Below are positions 9,999 to 22,063 of a stretch of DNA of 64,000 bases, piece by piece; within the stretch, counting starts at the first letter, position 1, and each line of letters begins with the position of its first letter. This DNA comes from Perkinsus chesapeaki ATCC PRA-425 (taxonomy: Eukaryota > Protista > Perkinsozoa). The notes beneath the pieces are model-generated. The model ran no database searches and had not been told where the DNA came from. It saw only the letters and a program-made list of their open reading frames with translations. Location: assembly GCA_013115145.1 (NCBI GenBank), contig JAAPAO010000043.1:43726-107725 (forward strand). The letters are read 5' to 3'. A program made the position numbers and the translations under genes.

Positions 9999-12209
9999 CT
10001 ACTCGGGGATCGAATCTAATGAGGGGGATAGAACGAGAATTCGACTAGATTGATCTGCTATTAAAGCGAACGAAGACATCAGGAAGAATCCTTTTGTGAA
10101 CATATAATGTTCCTCTGTGATGCCACCAACCCAAACCGAATAAGAGTAAACCTTCCAATACGACCGAGAAGAAATGATTCCCCCAAGACTTACAGGATGT
10201 TCCCCACCACCACAGCTCCCACTGTAAAGGCAATCACGGTCCATTCTCCATTAACAAATGGAGCCCCCAGGATGAAACAGATGAACACTGATGGTGGCAG
10301 AAGGAGAATAGTACACCCCCAGAAGCCCATAGGGATCGTATAAGGCCGCCAGATACTCGGGTTCATATACCGCAGGTAGAGGAACGCCGAGAACTCGAGG
10401 AGCTCGGCCAGGCAATACCTGAGATCATTCGATTGGCTTCCAAAGCCGAAAGATCCGATTTCCGCGATCAGGCAACGAAATAAGGAGGCTTTCCGGAGCC
10501 GAGCTTTAACGGCTCCTCCACACAAGTGCTGCTAAGCATTCAGGTATACACCAAAATGGTTCCCATGACCCCCCCAAAACCGCTTACACACAGTTGAGCA
10601 GCTCCACTATGTCCAGGAAGTCCAAGGTGGTGAGACAGAGTATCACACAGAGCTGGAGGCATATCGCGAATGTAGGGGTCTCGTGCTTATTACGGTAAGC
10701 CAGCTTCTCAGGAAGCCACCCATGCTCGGCCATCGCCTAATAATAAATATTAACTTCGGATGCATTTTACAGAGTTACCTGAATCTGATACGAGTCCGAA
10801 GACATCTCCGCATGGTACTGGCCTATATTAGACACGACTGCCGCCAGGACCACCCACCCTCCCAGAAACCCTCCACCGACGTCATAGGCGACCTACGAGA
10901 TCACTAAACGGTCATACAGGTAGCTCACGCTTTACCTTGCCGAGGAAGCCGGCCTGCCAGGAATCGAAGGCTTTATCTCCCTCGAGGGCAAATGAACCAT
11001 CAACACCTGTGGCGATCCCTAAGGGCAATATATACCCGAGACAGGTGAGGCACAGTGCTAGCAACAATGCCTTAGGCATCGCCGACCGAGCGTTCTCAAC
11101 CTGGATGCAGACGTGATGGGTCGACGGATGATCGAGAGCTTACTTCTCCAGCCAGAGTCGATACCGAGTCCCAATAGTTTAAGTTCCAAAACAGCACATT
11201 GAGCCACTTGGTCCATTCCATATCGTGACGTCTAAGCAGCCAGTTGGAGGGGTCCACTTCAGGCACAGCCATAATGATGAAGACGATAAAGGGGGATAGA
11301 ACGAAACACATCATCACCACAGCCAACCACCCAACAACCTGAGGACCCCGATATCTCTCCATACCGTAATCCCCGTAATACCTTTAAGCCTCTGTAATTG
11401 ACATAGGTCAGACATAGTGTTAAAACCACAAGGACGACGTTATTGTACCTGTTCCACAATATTCCTCCCAATCCCAACCCGACCTTCTACTACAGTTTTT
11501 CGTTTAGTACAGGGAACGCTACAGCCAAATAGGTCATTAATAGGTGAGGGTAGATAGCATTATCAGTGGCCCCGGATAACCACGACCAAAAACCCTCCTG
11601 GAATCCCCAGTAGGGCCCGAAGGCTGCTGTCACCCACGAGACATATCTGGCACACTAAACTGCTCGACTGGGACAGAAGACAACTTACCCGCAGTTGCTC
11701 GGGAAGGTGCTGCTCATCTCAGCTGTGACAAGGGCCTCAGGTAGGCACCAAATGAAAGGAAAAATGAGGAACCCAAGCAGTGCCCAGAAGGGCCCACCTG
11801 CCGCTACCGCATCCTCAGTACCAAAGGGGCCACCTGAAGGGATATAACCCAGCCGTCTATTCCCAGTCAACAAGGTAAAGTAAGTGTAATGCACCGTTCG
11901 GAATGAAATTTGATTTCCGTGAAGAGGGATGGGATACTTACCCGAGACGGAGTAGAATATAATGGCCACAGCGCCCCAAAGGGTAAGAGGCTTCTTCCTC
12001 CCCTGCGGCTTAATCATATAGCTCACTGAGGGGGATGTAGGATGCACATTGAGCGGGCTTCGGATCTCCGATTCCTCTGCCAATATTGCCTGAGTCTCCG
12101 CAGCGTCACGTGACATGCTGCGGGCCCTCGGGCCTCCAGATAAGGCCCGATACGATTGCGAACGAGGCCCTTCTATGCCGGCGCCCGTGTGGTCTTCCGT
12201 ATAAACCAT
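9999..12209 (-). CDS. APC-family polyamine/amino-acid permease (PUT/RMV1/POT1-like)
   Basis: [16 protein letters not shown]|[60 protein letters not shown] and [10 protein letters not shown]...RPYTIP match this subfamily. Confidence 0.9.
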
Positions 12210-12930
12210 TACCCTTTATGAGAATGTGTGATGATGTCGGGTGGTGATGCGGTTCCTGTGCTAGTGTGTTGGGTCAAAGAAACAATGACGCTCGCCAAAC
12301 CAAGGGAAAGAAGAGGGCCATGAAACTAACCACGCATCGACATAAGATACCTCTCTACCACAGAAGCAGATACTTTTAATTCACTATGCTACTCGCACCA
12401 TGCAATGTTCAATCAACCATGATATCGATCCTCCCGGTCACCACTGAAAAAGCCGAACGTCGAAAGGTGGACAAATTTAAACTAGAAGGCTGTCCACTTG
12501 TGGCACTAAGAGTTCAATGACAATCTCAATTCGGGACCATTGGCACCTACTGGTGCTCTGAATCCACATAATGCATTTTGATTTCTTGTGGAGAATTGAT
12601 CACGTTGAGAAGTAGCAAGAGTGCAAGATTTACTTCGGCTGGGTGCTACTGATTTCACCGGCCTGTCGAGGCAGCAATTTCCTTCGGACCTTCAGGCCAG
12701 GCAGATGGCATCATGTACATGTCTCCTTCTCACTTAAACTGACCTGGGCCTCGACTTTCCAAAACGGCCATGTGTGCCTCCGTCAGCTGAAGTTTGGTGC
12801 GTAGTTCAGCCAACACGGTTGGCCTAACCCCCGAGAAAATATTGGGGGATGATAGTGAAAATCCGACTACATTTCCACTATACGGGAACGCTCACGACAG
12901 AGAAATACCAAGCAACTTGGTACTAGCAGC

Positions 12931-14640
12931 ATGGGTATAGCTGTTTCAAAAACTGGACCATGTCCACCAGCGTGGCAGCGTTCGGCGATTGTGTTCATGG
13001 ACCCCTACATTCTCGAAATTGACAGACACCTTCTAAAGCTCCAATCCATCCAGAGTCGGGCACTCCGACTCGGGCGAACCGAAGAGGTAAACCTTGAGTG
13101 GGCGCGATCTAGCTTTCATAGCTAGCATGGGTAGCTCTGAGCCTTCATTCTTCCGTCCGGACGGAACGCACATCCATCATGAACATTCCTGGAAGAATAA
13201 TGCCCGCGCTGTTCGTCATTATGCGGTCGGTGTTTTCGCACCATGCTGGAAATTCGGCTGAAAAGAAATCGGCATCGATACCGACAGAAGCGAGAATTAT
13301 TTCCTGCCAGACCTCGCAATGGGACCAACCCCAATCCGGAGCAAAACCGTGCGAGCCACCAATCAAGCGGTAGCGACACATTAACAACCGACGAAACTTC
13401 ATTGTGCTAGGAAATCCCCCGCGAGTCACCAGTGTGATGATGAATGTGCCGCGGAAGTATGGCGTCCGGTAGTGGCAGAGCTGCGCAGTTGAGTTCATTG
13501 CCTGGGCGCCTATCACATCCTTCACTGGGGCTCCAAATTTAGGAGAACTCAAGGCTCGTGATAAGCATCGCGCTGCTATAGAAGCCGATAACCGAAGACT
13601 GCTGCTGGATCTGACTACCATCACTGAAGCCTACGATCAGCTCCAGCATGCCGTAGGCCTCTCCTTTGCTGCGAGAAGAGACAGTTCGCAGGTCAGGAGG
13701 ACTACGCAGGCAGCGGACACGTCGATAGCGATATGGCGGAGGAGAGCCGAACAGGCGGAAAAGAATTTAGAGAAATGCGAACACGAAAAGTTACGATTTG
13801 ACGATAAGGTGGACCGCCGCGCACTTCGCTGATGCATAAATAAGTACGCCTTCCCAACCAAGATACGCAGCCTGCAACAGCGCTCAGCGGTTAGAGAGAT
13901 GAGCTTGAGTGTAAAGGACACATGTTCAATGGGGAATGCTGATAAGCTGCGCCGCAAGGTCAGATACTCTGTAACGGACATGCAAAGATCGGACAATGCG
14001 TTCCTTATTGTTGGTGATGGTCTGTCGCGGTTGGTGTGAACCGGGCCTCAGTATTCTACCGAACAGCATGAGCGGTGCTCGATCATCTGGGGCCGCCTCC
14101 CTCCGTGAAGGACATCTGACACAATGCTTGAGATGGCCTGTGATTTCCCGGCCATGATAGACCGGCCGTAATCATGGCCAGTGGCCATGGCCATGGCCAC
14201 AGTTCTCTTGACCTGAGTCTATGGTTCATGTGCAAGTTGCACAGTGCAACACACGGCACTCCCAGGTAAGAGAGCTAGAGGAAGAGAACGAGGCGCTACA
14301 TGAGCAGAAGGAGGCCTTGGAAGGAACATACCGCCGAGCTTCAGCCTCCATTAAAAAGTAAACCCCAGTGGAAATGTAGGTAGCGTATTTTGTAGGTTGG
14401 AAGCGCAGCGGAGGAAGGATGCTACAGAACTGGAGAGATTGCGAAATGAGAACCTTACTATGCGAGAGAGTTTAGTACTGAAACGTTGTGAAGATGATAT
14501 CAGAAGTCAGCATGGGTGAGAAATGCGAGCCGCGGTAACGACCAGAACTGAGGAGATCGCTCAGAAAGAAAGGGGATGCAAATATGACTGGTGGAGTGCA
14601 AGGAAGGATGATTCCCTGGCCGATGTTTAATGGGCACGAC
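12931..14640 (+). CDS. Hypothetical coiled-coil protein (boundaries uncertain)
   Basis: Exon-like pieces IEADNRRLLLDLTTITEAYDQLQH and ELEEENEALHEQKEALE...|RLEAQRRKDATELERLRNEN with flanking GT/AG. Confidence 0.35.
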
Positions 14641-16091
14641 GAGTCTGACTGATATCTTTGACTCCTATTTCCAGTTTAACAATCGTTGTGTTGTGTCCCA
14701 GCCGAGTAAACTCAGGAGCCTGATAGACTACCGATGGCAATTACCGATTAATCTGCAAGACAATACACACAATCTGATACAACGTACCGAAGGCTCATAG
14801 ATTGCACATCAAATCTTTCACACACGACGCATTCGCGATAAGCCGGAGTAGAGTCTCGTGGCCTCTTCATCATCAGTGACCTCGCAAGTATTCTCAACTC
14901 ATTACTGTCGCTCAGTGAAGGAACTTGGAAAGCTTCGCTAGTACAGTGAGAGCCTAACAGCCCCAGATTATATGAAGAGTCGTGATGCATAGCTCAGTAT
15001 TATCGAGTCAATATGCGCCTGCCGTTGGGCGATGCTGGACTTCAGACAACATCAGGGGTGTTCGCATGTCAGGAAATGTCCAGCGAGACATGAATCCTGG
15101 CTACAAACGGAGCCGAAAGATTAGCCGCGAACCACGATATTCCGAAAGTCTGTCCTCTAAGCGCTCCGCTCCGCACATCTTATGTAGCACAAGTCCATTT
15201 GCGCCAACTGACACACAACACATTGGATGACTATCTATGTGTTCGCCTCCATATATTGGCTAGAGGAGCAGGTCGGAGGAAATTGGCCGAAAAAGAAAAA
15301 CTAAATGGTATTCTTCCACCCCAAGCGTTGGAAAAGGTCACAGTTCATGGAGCTCAACACAGAACACAGACCCCAGCGGTAAAACCATGGAGCAGGAATC
15401 TACTCGGGTTCATACTAACTGCAACGAAAAGAACAGACATAGAAAGCTTTCGGTGCTCAAGATAGTAGCAACGCTAAAGTAGCGTTACAGACCTGCAAGA
15501 TACAGTTTTTGGCGATTTACGGAAATTAGGTGAATCAGACATCTGTTGATAGTATGGTCGCGGTTGGTTCCAGTGAAGCAGTGCTAGAAGAGGGAGCGCA
15601 GCGCAAAAATTGATGAGAACTCGGGATCTGAAGGTCGCAGGTCAAAGCTGGCGAGTGACTCGTGGCTTTGTGAAAATATAAACAGTGATTATTATACACG
15701 CCTGCCAATGTCGTGAATGTGATTTTATCTTCGATCATGAGGCACTCATCGGTACGCAAGCGCGAATTCAAGTCGAGATCAGGCGCCTGTGGGGGCGGGT
15801 TTTGGCTTCCGAAAGAGCAAGTCTCGGTTAGCCCCAGACGAAGACCGACGCGGAGTCATTGGCGAGTCTCGCGAACCGTCCGAGACTGGATACATCGGTC
15901 CCCGCGATCTCGAATCGTTCCACATACTGAAAGAAAAGGTGTAGACAGAACCGGCCTCGTGTTCATGGCTCTGTCGCGATTCAAGTGTGTTTTGCGCGGA
16001 GAACGACTCGGAGGTCCGATTTCTGTGGCCTTGCCTATATACATACACCCTTGCCATCTTGCCAGCTCTTTGCCGCTTCTGAGACGAAACA

Positions 16092-18648
16092 ATGCTCATT
16101 ACTCTCCTACTTGGCTTCCTTCACTGGTCAGAAGCCGTCCACAATTTCACGGATTTCCTTGGCATGTGAGGAGGGATATACTGCGGACATCATCGCGGCC
16201 GTCTTTCTCCAAAAACAACTTGACTTCCATCATATCTTTTGTGTTGCTCAGGCATGCCCCCCTAGAGGACTCTAGCCTCTTGCAGTTGGGCCGCTGGCAA
16301 CGACTGTCTTTTATACAACCGATAGATCACTCAAAAGGTAAATTCGAGCGGGATTATACTGCACACACACCCGGTGTGTCACACCGGGCAAATACCTAAT
16401 GTTATAGCCTGAGCACTGTTGAGTATGGAATATAATACATCGGTCACATGCCTTGGCAGCGTTAATGTAGGTGCCCAGATTCTTGTCTATCACCTAGGAC
16501 TTTCACCAGCAAGTGTGTAACACACCGTGTCCTGGCCGAATAAGACATCACAGCCATTCAAGGAATGCTTCCAATTTACAGGTCCGGAAGCTGGCGCCTT
16601 TTCTCAGCAGTATATGAAAGACTATGATTCTTTCAATCCGAGAAAGCCAGTAAGCCTCGCTGTATTCGCCATCTTGTGAATTGTACTTAGCTACATCTTC
16701 TTGTGTGACCGTCCTGCTTCCAATAGACTTCTCGCAATAATGACATGCGGAATTCTAGAATCTTATCAGGTGTTCTTCCTGGCCATAAGCACTGTGAGTC
16801 TCCCACAGGCATCCGTGCTTGAAATGGAAGGGGCGGCCCGGAGAGCTAGAGCGGCCATGTTCGTACTGGAAAGAAGGCGAGGACAACTCGAATGCATATC
16901 TTGCTTTTCGGAAATCTGAAACCTAGGTACGTTGGTACTAGCTTCCCCACACAAGAATGTTCTACCGAAACGCTCAAGAGGTTGTTTTCGATGGAGCAGA
17001 TTGTCGCTGATGTCGCAGCCTTCGGGAAAGATTTACAGGCTAAGGTGCCTGGAGTGAAGATAGTCCTCTTTGGATGCAGCACGGCCGGGGTACGAATCTC
17101 GCCCCACTCGGTCAAAGCTAAGTCGAACATTTCAGCTCATCGCCGCTCTGGCCCGACAGAAACACCGGGACATCTTCATTGGAGCTGTCACGTCCTCAAC
17201 TGCATTTAAGTTTAAGCTGGCAAACGATGTGTCAGTCAGCCGGGGAGTTCGAGTAGATAGGAATCGGTTACATGTCCGAGTACCTATATAGAGTACATTT
17301 AAAGCTTCATTCAGCCTGTGCAAAGCTCATACAGTTATGACGTCTTGAAGATCGCAATCTATTGAGCTATGTACTGCATGCGTTTCATGACTGAGTCTTC
17401 TTAGGTATTACCCCGTCTTATCCCAAGACTTATCTAACCCAAGTCTGGGAGGTAGTCCACAATGTCTGGCTACGGTGAGTTATAAGATCCTTGGCCGTTA
17501 GGCAGTTTTAGTCTCTTGTAGCTTACCAACGCACACATGGATTTTGCCAACTCCATGGGCACAGCTGGAGGGCGCCGAGAGGTTGAGAAAAAACTTAAAA
17601 TCTGTGATGGACTCCTCGAGGATGTGAACGATCAGATATACACGTAACTAGTAATGCTGCTCCGGTTTCTAACATCATCGACCTTGTCAGCACCACTGAG
17701 GGCAATTTACTGGGGACGAATCTACAGTATAATGATCCTACCTGTATAAAGGATTATTGCAACATAAGGAAGATCTGTGATAGACTTACAAAAGGAAGGT
17801 AAGGTCAAACAACAGTCTCCGATCTCGCCCTTCTTATTCAGTGACGCTGCGCTCGACAAGCTGGCTGACATCTACAATACAAATCAACCCACTGAGCCCG
17901 GATCTTGTCGGAAACGAACGGCAAGAGGATTGATTGATTTGTAATCTACTAGGCTAGTGAACATACAGTTCAAACTTTAATATGTGACTGAAGGGAAGCT
18001 GGATGCTTGCAGATTAAAGAATAGAATGGTGGAGAGCCCACGGAGGCTATCTGCCTTCTACATATGCAACACTCGCGGGCTTCTTGCGGAGTGCAGCAGA
18101 GGAAGCTGTCCTTTCTATACAAATAAAAGCTGGATTGATTTCTGGCTCATGGTGTGTGAGGAAGGCTTCGGGCTGTCCAGGGATGAGGTATGTCGTCGTG
18201 TACGATAGATTACGTGATTTTAAGGTGGCCAGATGCTTAAGAACATCGGAGGCTTTCAGCAGTACGTTGAGGAAAGCTTGAACAAAGCTACAAATATATT
18301 ATCCATTAATGGTGATGCAGATCCTTGGTATCCCTCTTCGATCACTAAAGCGAGAGCGGGCCTCGAAGTTATGTGGGTGAGATATCAGAAATGCTTGAAT
18401 ATGTTAGCCAACTCCAATGCCTCCGGCAGGTGAAAGGCGCGTCACATTGCTACTGGTGTGCTCACTCCGACAAGTAAGTACTGGGAGTTGCTTCTCTATT
18501 GAAACTTCTCCTTAGCGGTCAAGGTTCTGTAATTCTATCACCGGAAATACCTGGAGTTCCTCATTTGCTTACCGTAAAGTTATCCGGTTGTTTAATCAGG
18601 GACGTCGTAGCCGGCATTCTCGAAGTTGTGAATAAGTGGCTTGCCTAG
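16092..18648 (+). CDS. Secreted serine carboxypeptidase, S28 family
   Basis: Signal peptide MLITLLLGFLHWSEA; FIQPIDH; ERRYVGTSFP; EQIVADVAAF; nucleophile region FGCSTAG; INGDADPW; GASHCY; ends VVNKWLA*. Confidence 0.85.
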
Positions 18649-19422
18649 CGAAGCTTTGCATCTCGTGGTCGCAGTCGGTGACGATTAATACCCAGTCGGT
18701 TGCACCGTATCAAGGTGCTCACTTAGCGTCCTTGAGCATCGTGTGCTTATTGTTAACCACTGCCGCTAGTATGAAAGACTCGGCTCTGTTCTACCGTTGT
18801 GGGCCCTGTTTTACGAACCCACTCTCAGCTCGTCAGACATTTAACGTCATTCCGTAGTCAACTGTTACTTGTAGAACAGCTGAGAAGCTTAGTAACCTTA
18901 TCAAACTCAATGTTTGGCGTTTAGAACTAGTGGAGCTCGAAGCTCGGAATGGATACCGCGAGCCAGAGCCTTCGAATCTAGCAAGCTCAATCGAGATGCT
19001 ACCGTCACGTTGCGTGCCTGGATACCGGATGTTGTACAACGCGGTAGAACATTCAACGTCTTAACGTAGGCGAGACAGTAGCACATACGTCTTAGTGCAC
19101 GTAGTTTTTCACGTTCCCAATGTGTGTGCACACTGTACGACTAGTAGCCCAAAACAATAGCCCCAGGAGAGGAAAAACTTCGGGCTAAGTTCATTCACGT
19201 TCAATGCCCTCATTCAAATCAGATGTGGTCGTCATTGAAGTCGCCAACCTCTTTTGTCTTCCTTAACCACCCACACTCACCCGGGAGATTCTGGGCGCTA
19301 TTTGGGAGCGTCGGGTTGATGAGACATGACACGGGTGATGACACCATCTGCGCACGCCTCCGTGACATCTTCGAACCAGAAGGAAACGCGTTGCTAAGGT
19401 TTCCGAGACACTTGCAATTATA

Positions 19423-19857
19423 ATGGCTACCCAAACTAATGTGAGTCTATGGTGCTCAGCCTTGCCGTTGATGCTTATTCTGCTGACTGAGGTGTGCCCT
19501 GTGAATTCTAGTTCGTTACTATCGAGTCGCCGTACCCTTGGTGTTGGGACTTATGTGACGGTTTTGGGCGATAGATCCTACAAGGTGGAAATAACAAAGG
19601 GAAATTACGACGAGGTGCTTGCCAACATGACTTTCACGGCACACGGCGAATCTCGGACCTGTAGGCAATGCAGGTGTCGTGGGTTCGTAAGAGTCTATAA
19701 GTGTAAAGAATGTGAAGGCTCATCTACTTGTCTTTCATCACTGAGGAAGCATGGTAAACTGGATGGGATTTTCCCACTCCAAATCGGAGAAGGTGAAGAC
19801 GGTCAGTTTTATATCATAGTTGGCGGCTTTATCCTACCGTTGTCTACGATTGCATGA
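19423..19857 (+). CDS. Hypothetical secreted protein (exon structure unresolved)
   Basis: Hydrophobic N-terminus followed by a beta-rich, Cys-containing segment. Confidence 0.35.
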   Translation: MATQTNVSLWCSALPLMLILLTEVCPVNSSSLLSSRRTLGVGTYVTVLGDRSYKVEITKGNYDEVLANMTFTAHGESRTCRQCRCRGFVRVYKCKECEGSSTCLSSLRKHGKLDGIFPLQIGEGEDGQFYIIVGGFILPLSTIA

Positions 19858-20435
19858 AATGAACTGGCCTTCAGCGGGGCTATTCAATTGGTCACGTTCG
19901 GAGAGTCCTTCGAGACTAGTTGCCTAGTAGACTCATAGTGACAAGCAGCAATGGGATGTTGCCCTTGACTACTAGTTGGGCTTCATCTCACTGATGTTGC
20001 AAGACACATAGATTTCATACATCTTATTTTTCCCTATTACTCGTCCCAGCGAGACTGAGTTGTGTTGTTAAGAAGTAACCGATGATAAATCGATACTTGG
20101 TACGGCTACGACAGTGACAAGTCGCTTTGTCCCCATATACACCGGGTGGATAAACGTTGGACCAACGCCGAAGACGTGTTTATGATGGGTTCATTCACAT
20201 AGAGTGGAGCCATTGATAATCAGTAGTTTATACGCGAACTCCAGCAACAAACTGTATGACTACTGATGGACCTCAGTATGCTGCTAGCGACATCCATCAA
20301 GAACGGAACACAACCTCACATGACTGCTCATTAATCTGGCATGTAATGATCATGTTACGTAATATCGTATAATAGCCGTTATAAGTAATCTTACGTAATA
20401 AAGTGTAGGGGAACGATGGATAAGCGTTATATTTG

Positions 20436-21680
20436 TCACATAGAAGTGCTTGGATCAAACACTAGATCACTTGATGGGTGGGCAATAGGATAATAGAAAG
20501 GATCATTACCGCAACACCGCTGACGAGTGTAAGTTTCGTCCCAGCAACCGCTGGTTTTCGACTGATCGGCAGTGCAACAATTCTCCTTCAGCTCTTCAGC
20601 GCCGCGATCCCAGCACCAAAGCCTCTCCCATGGACATTCTTCAGGGATAGGCTCGACGACTTGTAATTCGGTTGTTCCCAGTCTAGCAAACATATCAAAG
20701 AGAATGCCGGTGACGGACTTCTCCCACGGTGGAACGTCAAGCAAGCCGCATGTGACTCGCCGAATAAGCTGCGCCCGTCCAAGGGCCTCTGCATCTGCTG
20801 CCTGGGTAGCGTCATAAAGAAGGTATCCAAATGATAAAAGGTAGTTAGCAAGCTCAACAACTGTTGTGTTAGAGTACCAAAGAGCAATTGAATTGAGCTC
20901 GAAGAAGATGCCATCTATTCTCCGCTCAGACAGCAAGCGCCGAGCGCCTTGTAGAGCCCTGAGCTCAAACCCTTCGACGTCGATCTTCAGCAATGTGATT
21001 CGCTTGCCTTCTGGTATAAGATTGTCTAGTGTAGTTGTCAGAGATTGATACGAAACGAATACGTCCTTTGTGGGGTCGGCTAGGTCCCAGGTGCGCTGTT
21101 GCACGTAACCACCATGAAGGTGCCCCGCAGCCATGTGACTGATGGCGAATTGACCATGGCGCGTGGACACCTCGTTGTCTACTCCGGCATGATGGAGCTG
21201 TATGCGTTCTCGGAGCTCAGGATTCATCGCGAAGGACTGCTCGAAGTAGAATCCAGCTGCAGGGTTTGGCTCAACAGCGATAACCTGATCAATGGACAGT
21301 ATTCACCAAAACAGTTGCTCGTTGCTCACTTCATCAGGCAGGCCGGACAGGCCAAGATGTAGAGAGCATGCGCCTATATGAGCGCCGGCATCGACGAAAA
21401 TTCCACCGATAGCGAGGTGCGCACGCCACCAATGCACGAGATCTTCGCACTGAGGCCACATACCGAGTCTCCTTATGGTGCGACCAATAATGTCAGAATC
21501 CTCCGGAGGAAGGCAGACGTTAATTGGAACATTGGAGTTGTTCAAATTGAAGGACAGGAGCTTGGTATCGCAGCGCAGATCGAGACCGGCACCGCCGCCG
21601 GCTGTCTCTGAGGTCACATCGCATGTAGTACTTTTCGCCAGCAGCAGCAGTAACTGGATTCGATGCACGAGCTGCGCCAT
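20436..21680 (-). CDS. FkbM-family SAM methyltransferase with signal anchor and C-terminal Cys-rich module
   Basis: FVDAGAHIGACSL, then an intron of about 45 nt, then VIAVEPNP; TTLDNL; LLKIDVEGFELRALQGA; IFFE. Confidence 0.87.
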
Positions 21681-22063
21681 GGACCAGGTTGACACAATGC
21701 TATTGTTGCAGTTTAGAGATCAACATAGCGCGGCCGCCGAGTCGCTGTATATCATCGAGATGCCTCACCAATACGAACCAAGACGTACGTGTTACGCGTC
21801 CTTGAAGCATGTGGGGTTTGGACAACTCAACATAAAGTGGTTCTTTGCAATTTAATGCCTACCTTCTTACGCGACGTGGTATATTCGTTGTCCATCTCCG
21901 AACTGACTTCAACGCGACACATACCAAATAAGGCATAACTACACACACTATGGCGATACGATAAAATAGAAGAATCCGGCATGCGGACAAGAAGTAGGAA
22001 TTATACACCAAGTACTGCAGCAGCGATGCAGCCACATGGCGGCAGCGGTCGCCAATAATGGAG

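Noticed and set aside
15713-16399. 228-aa plus-strand ORF
   Set aside because: It is Arg-rich with no motif. Its 3' part is simply an exon frame of the S28 peptidase, whose signal peptide starts at 16092 in another frame.
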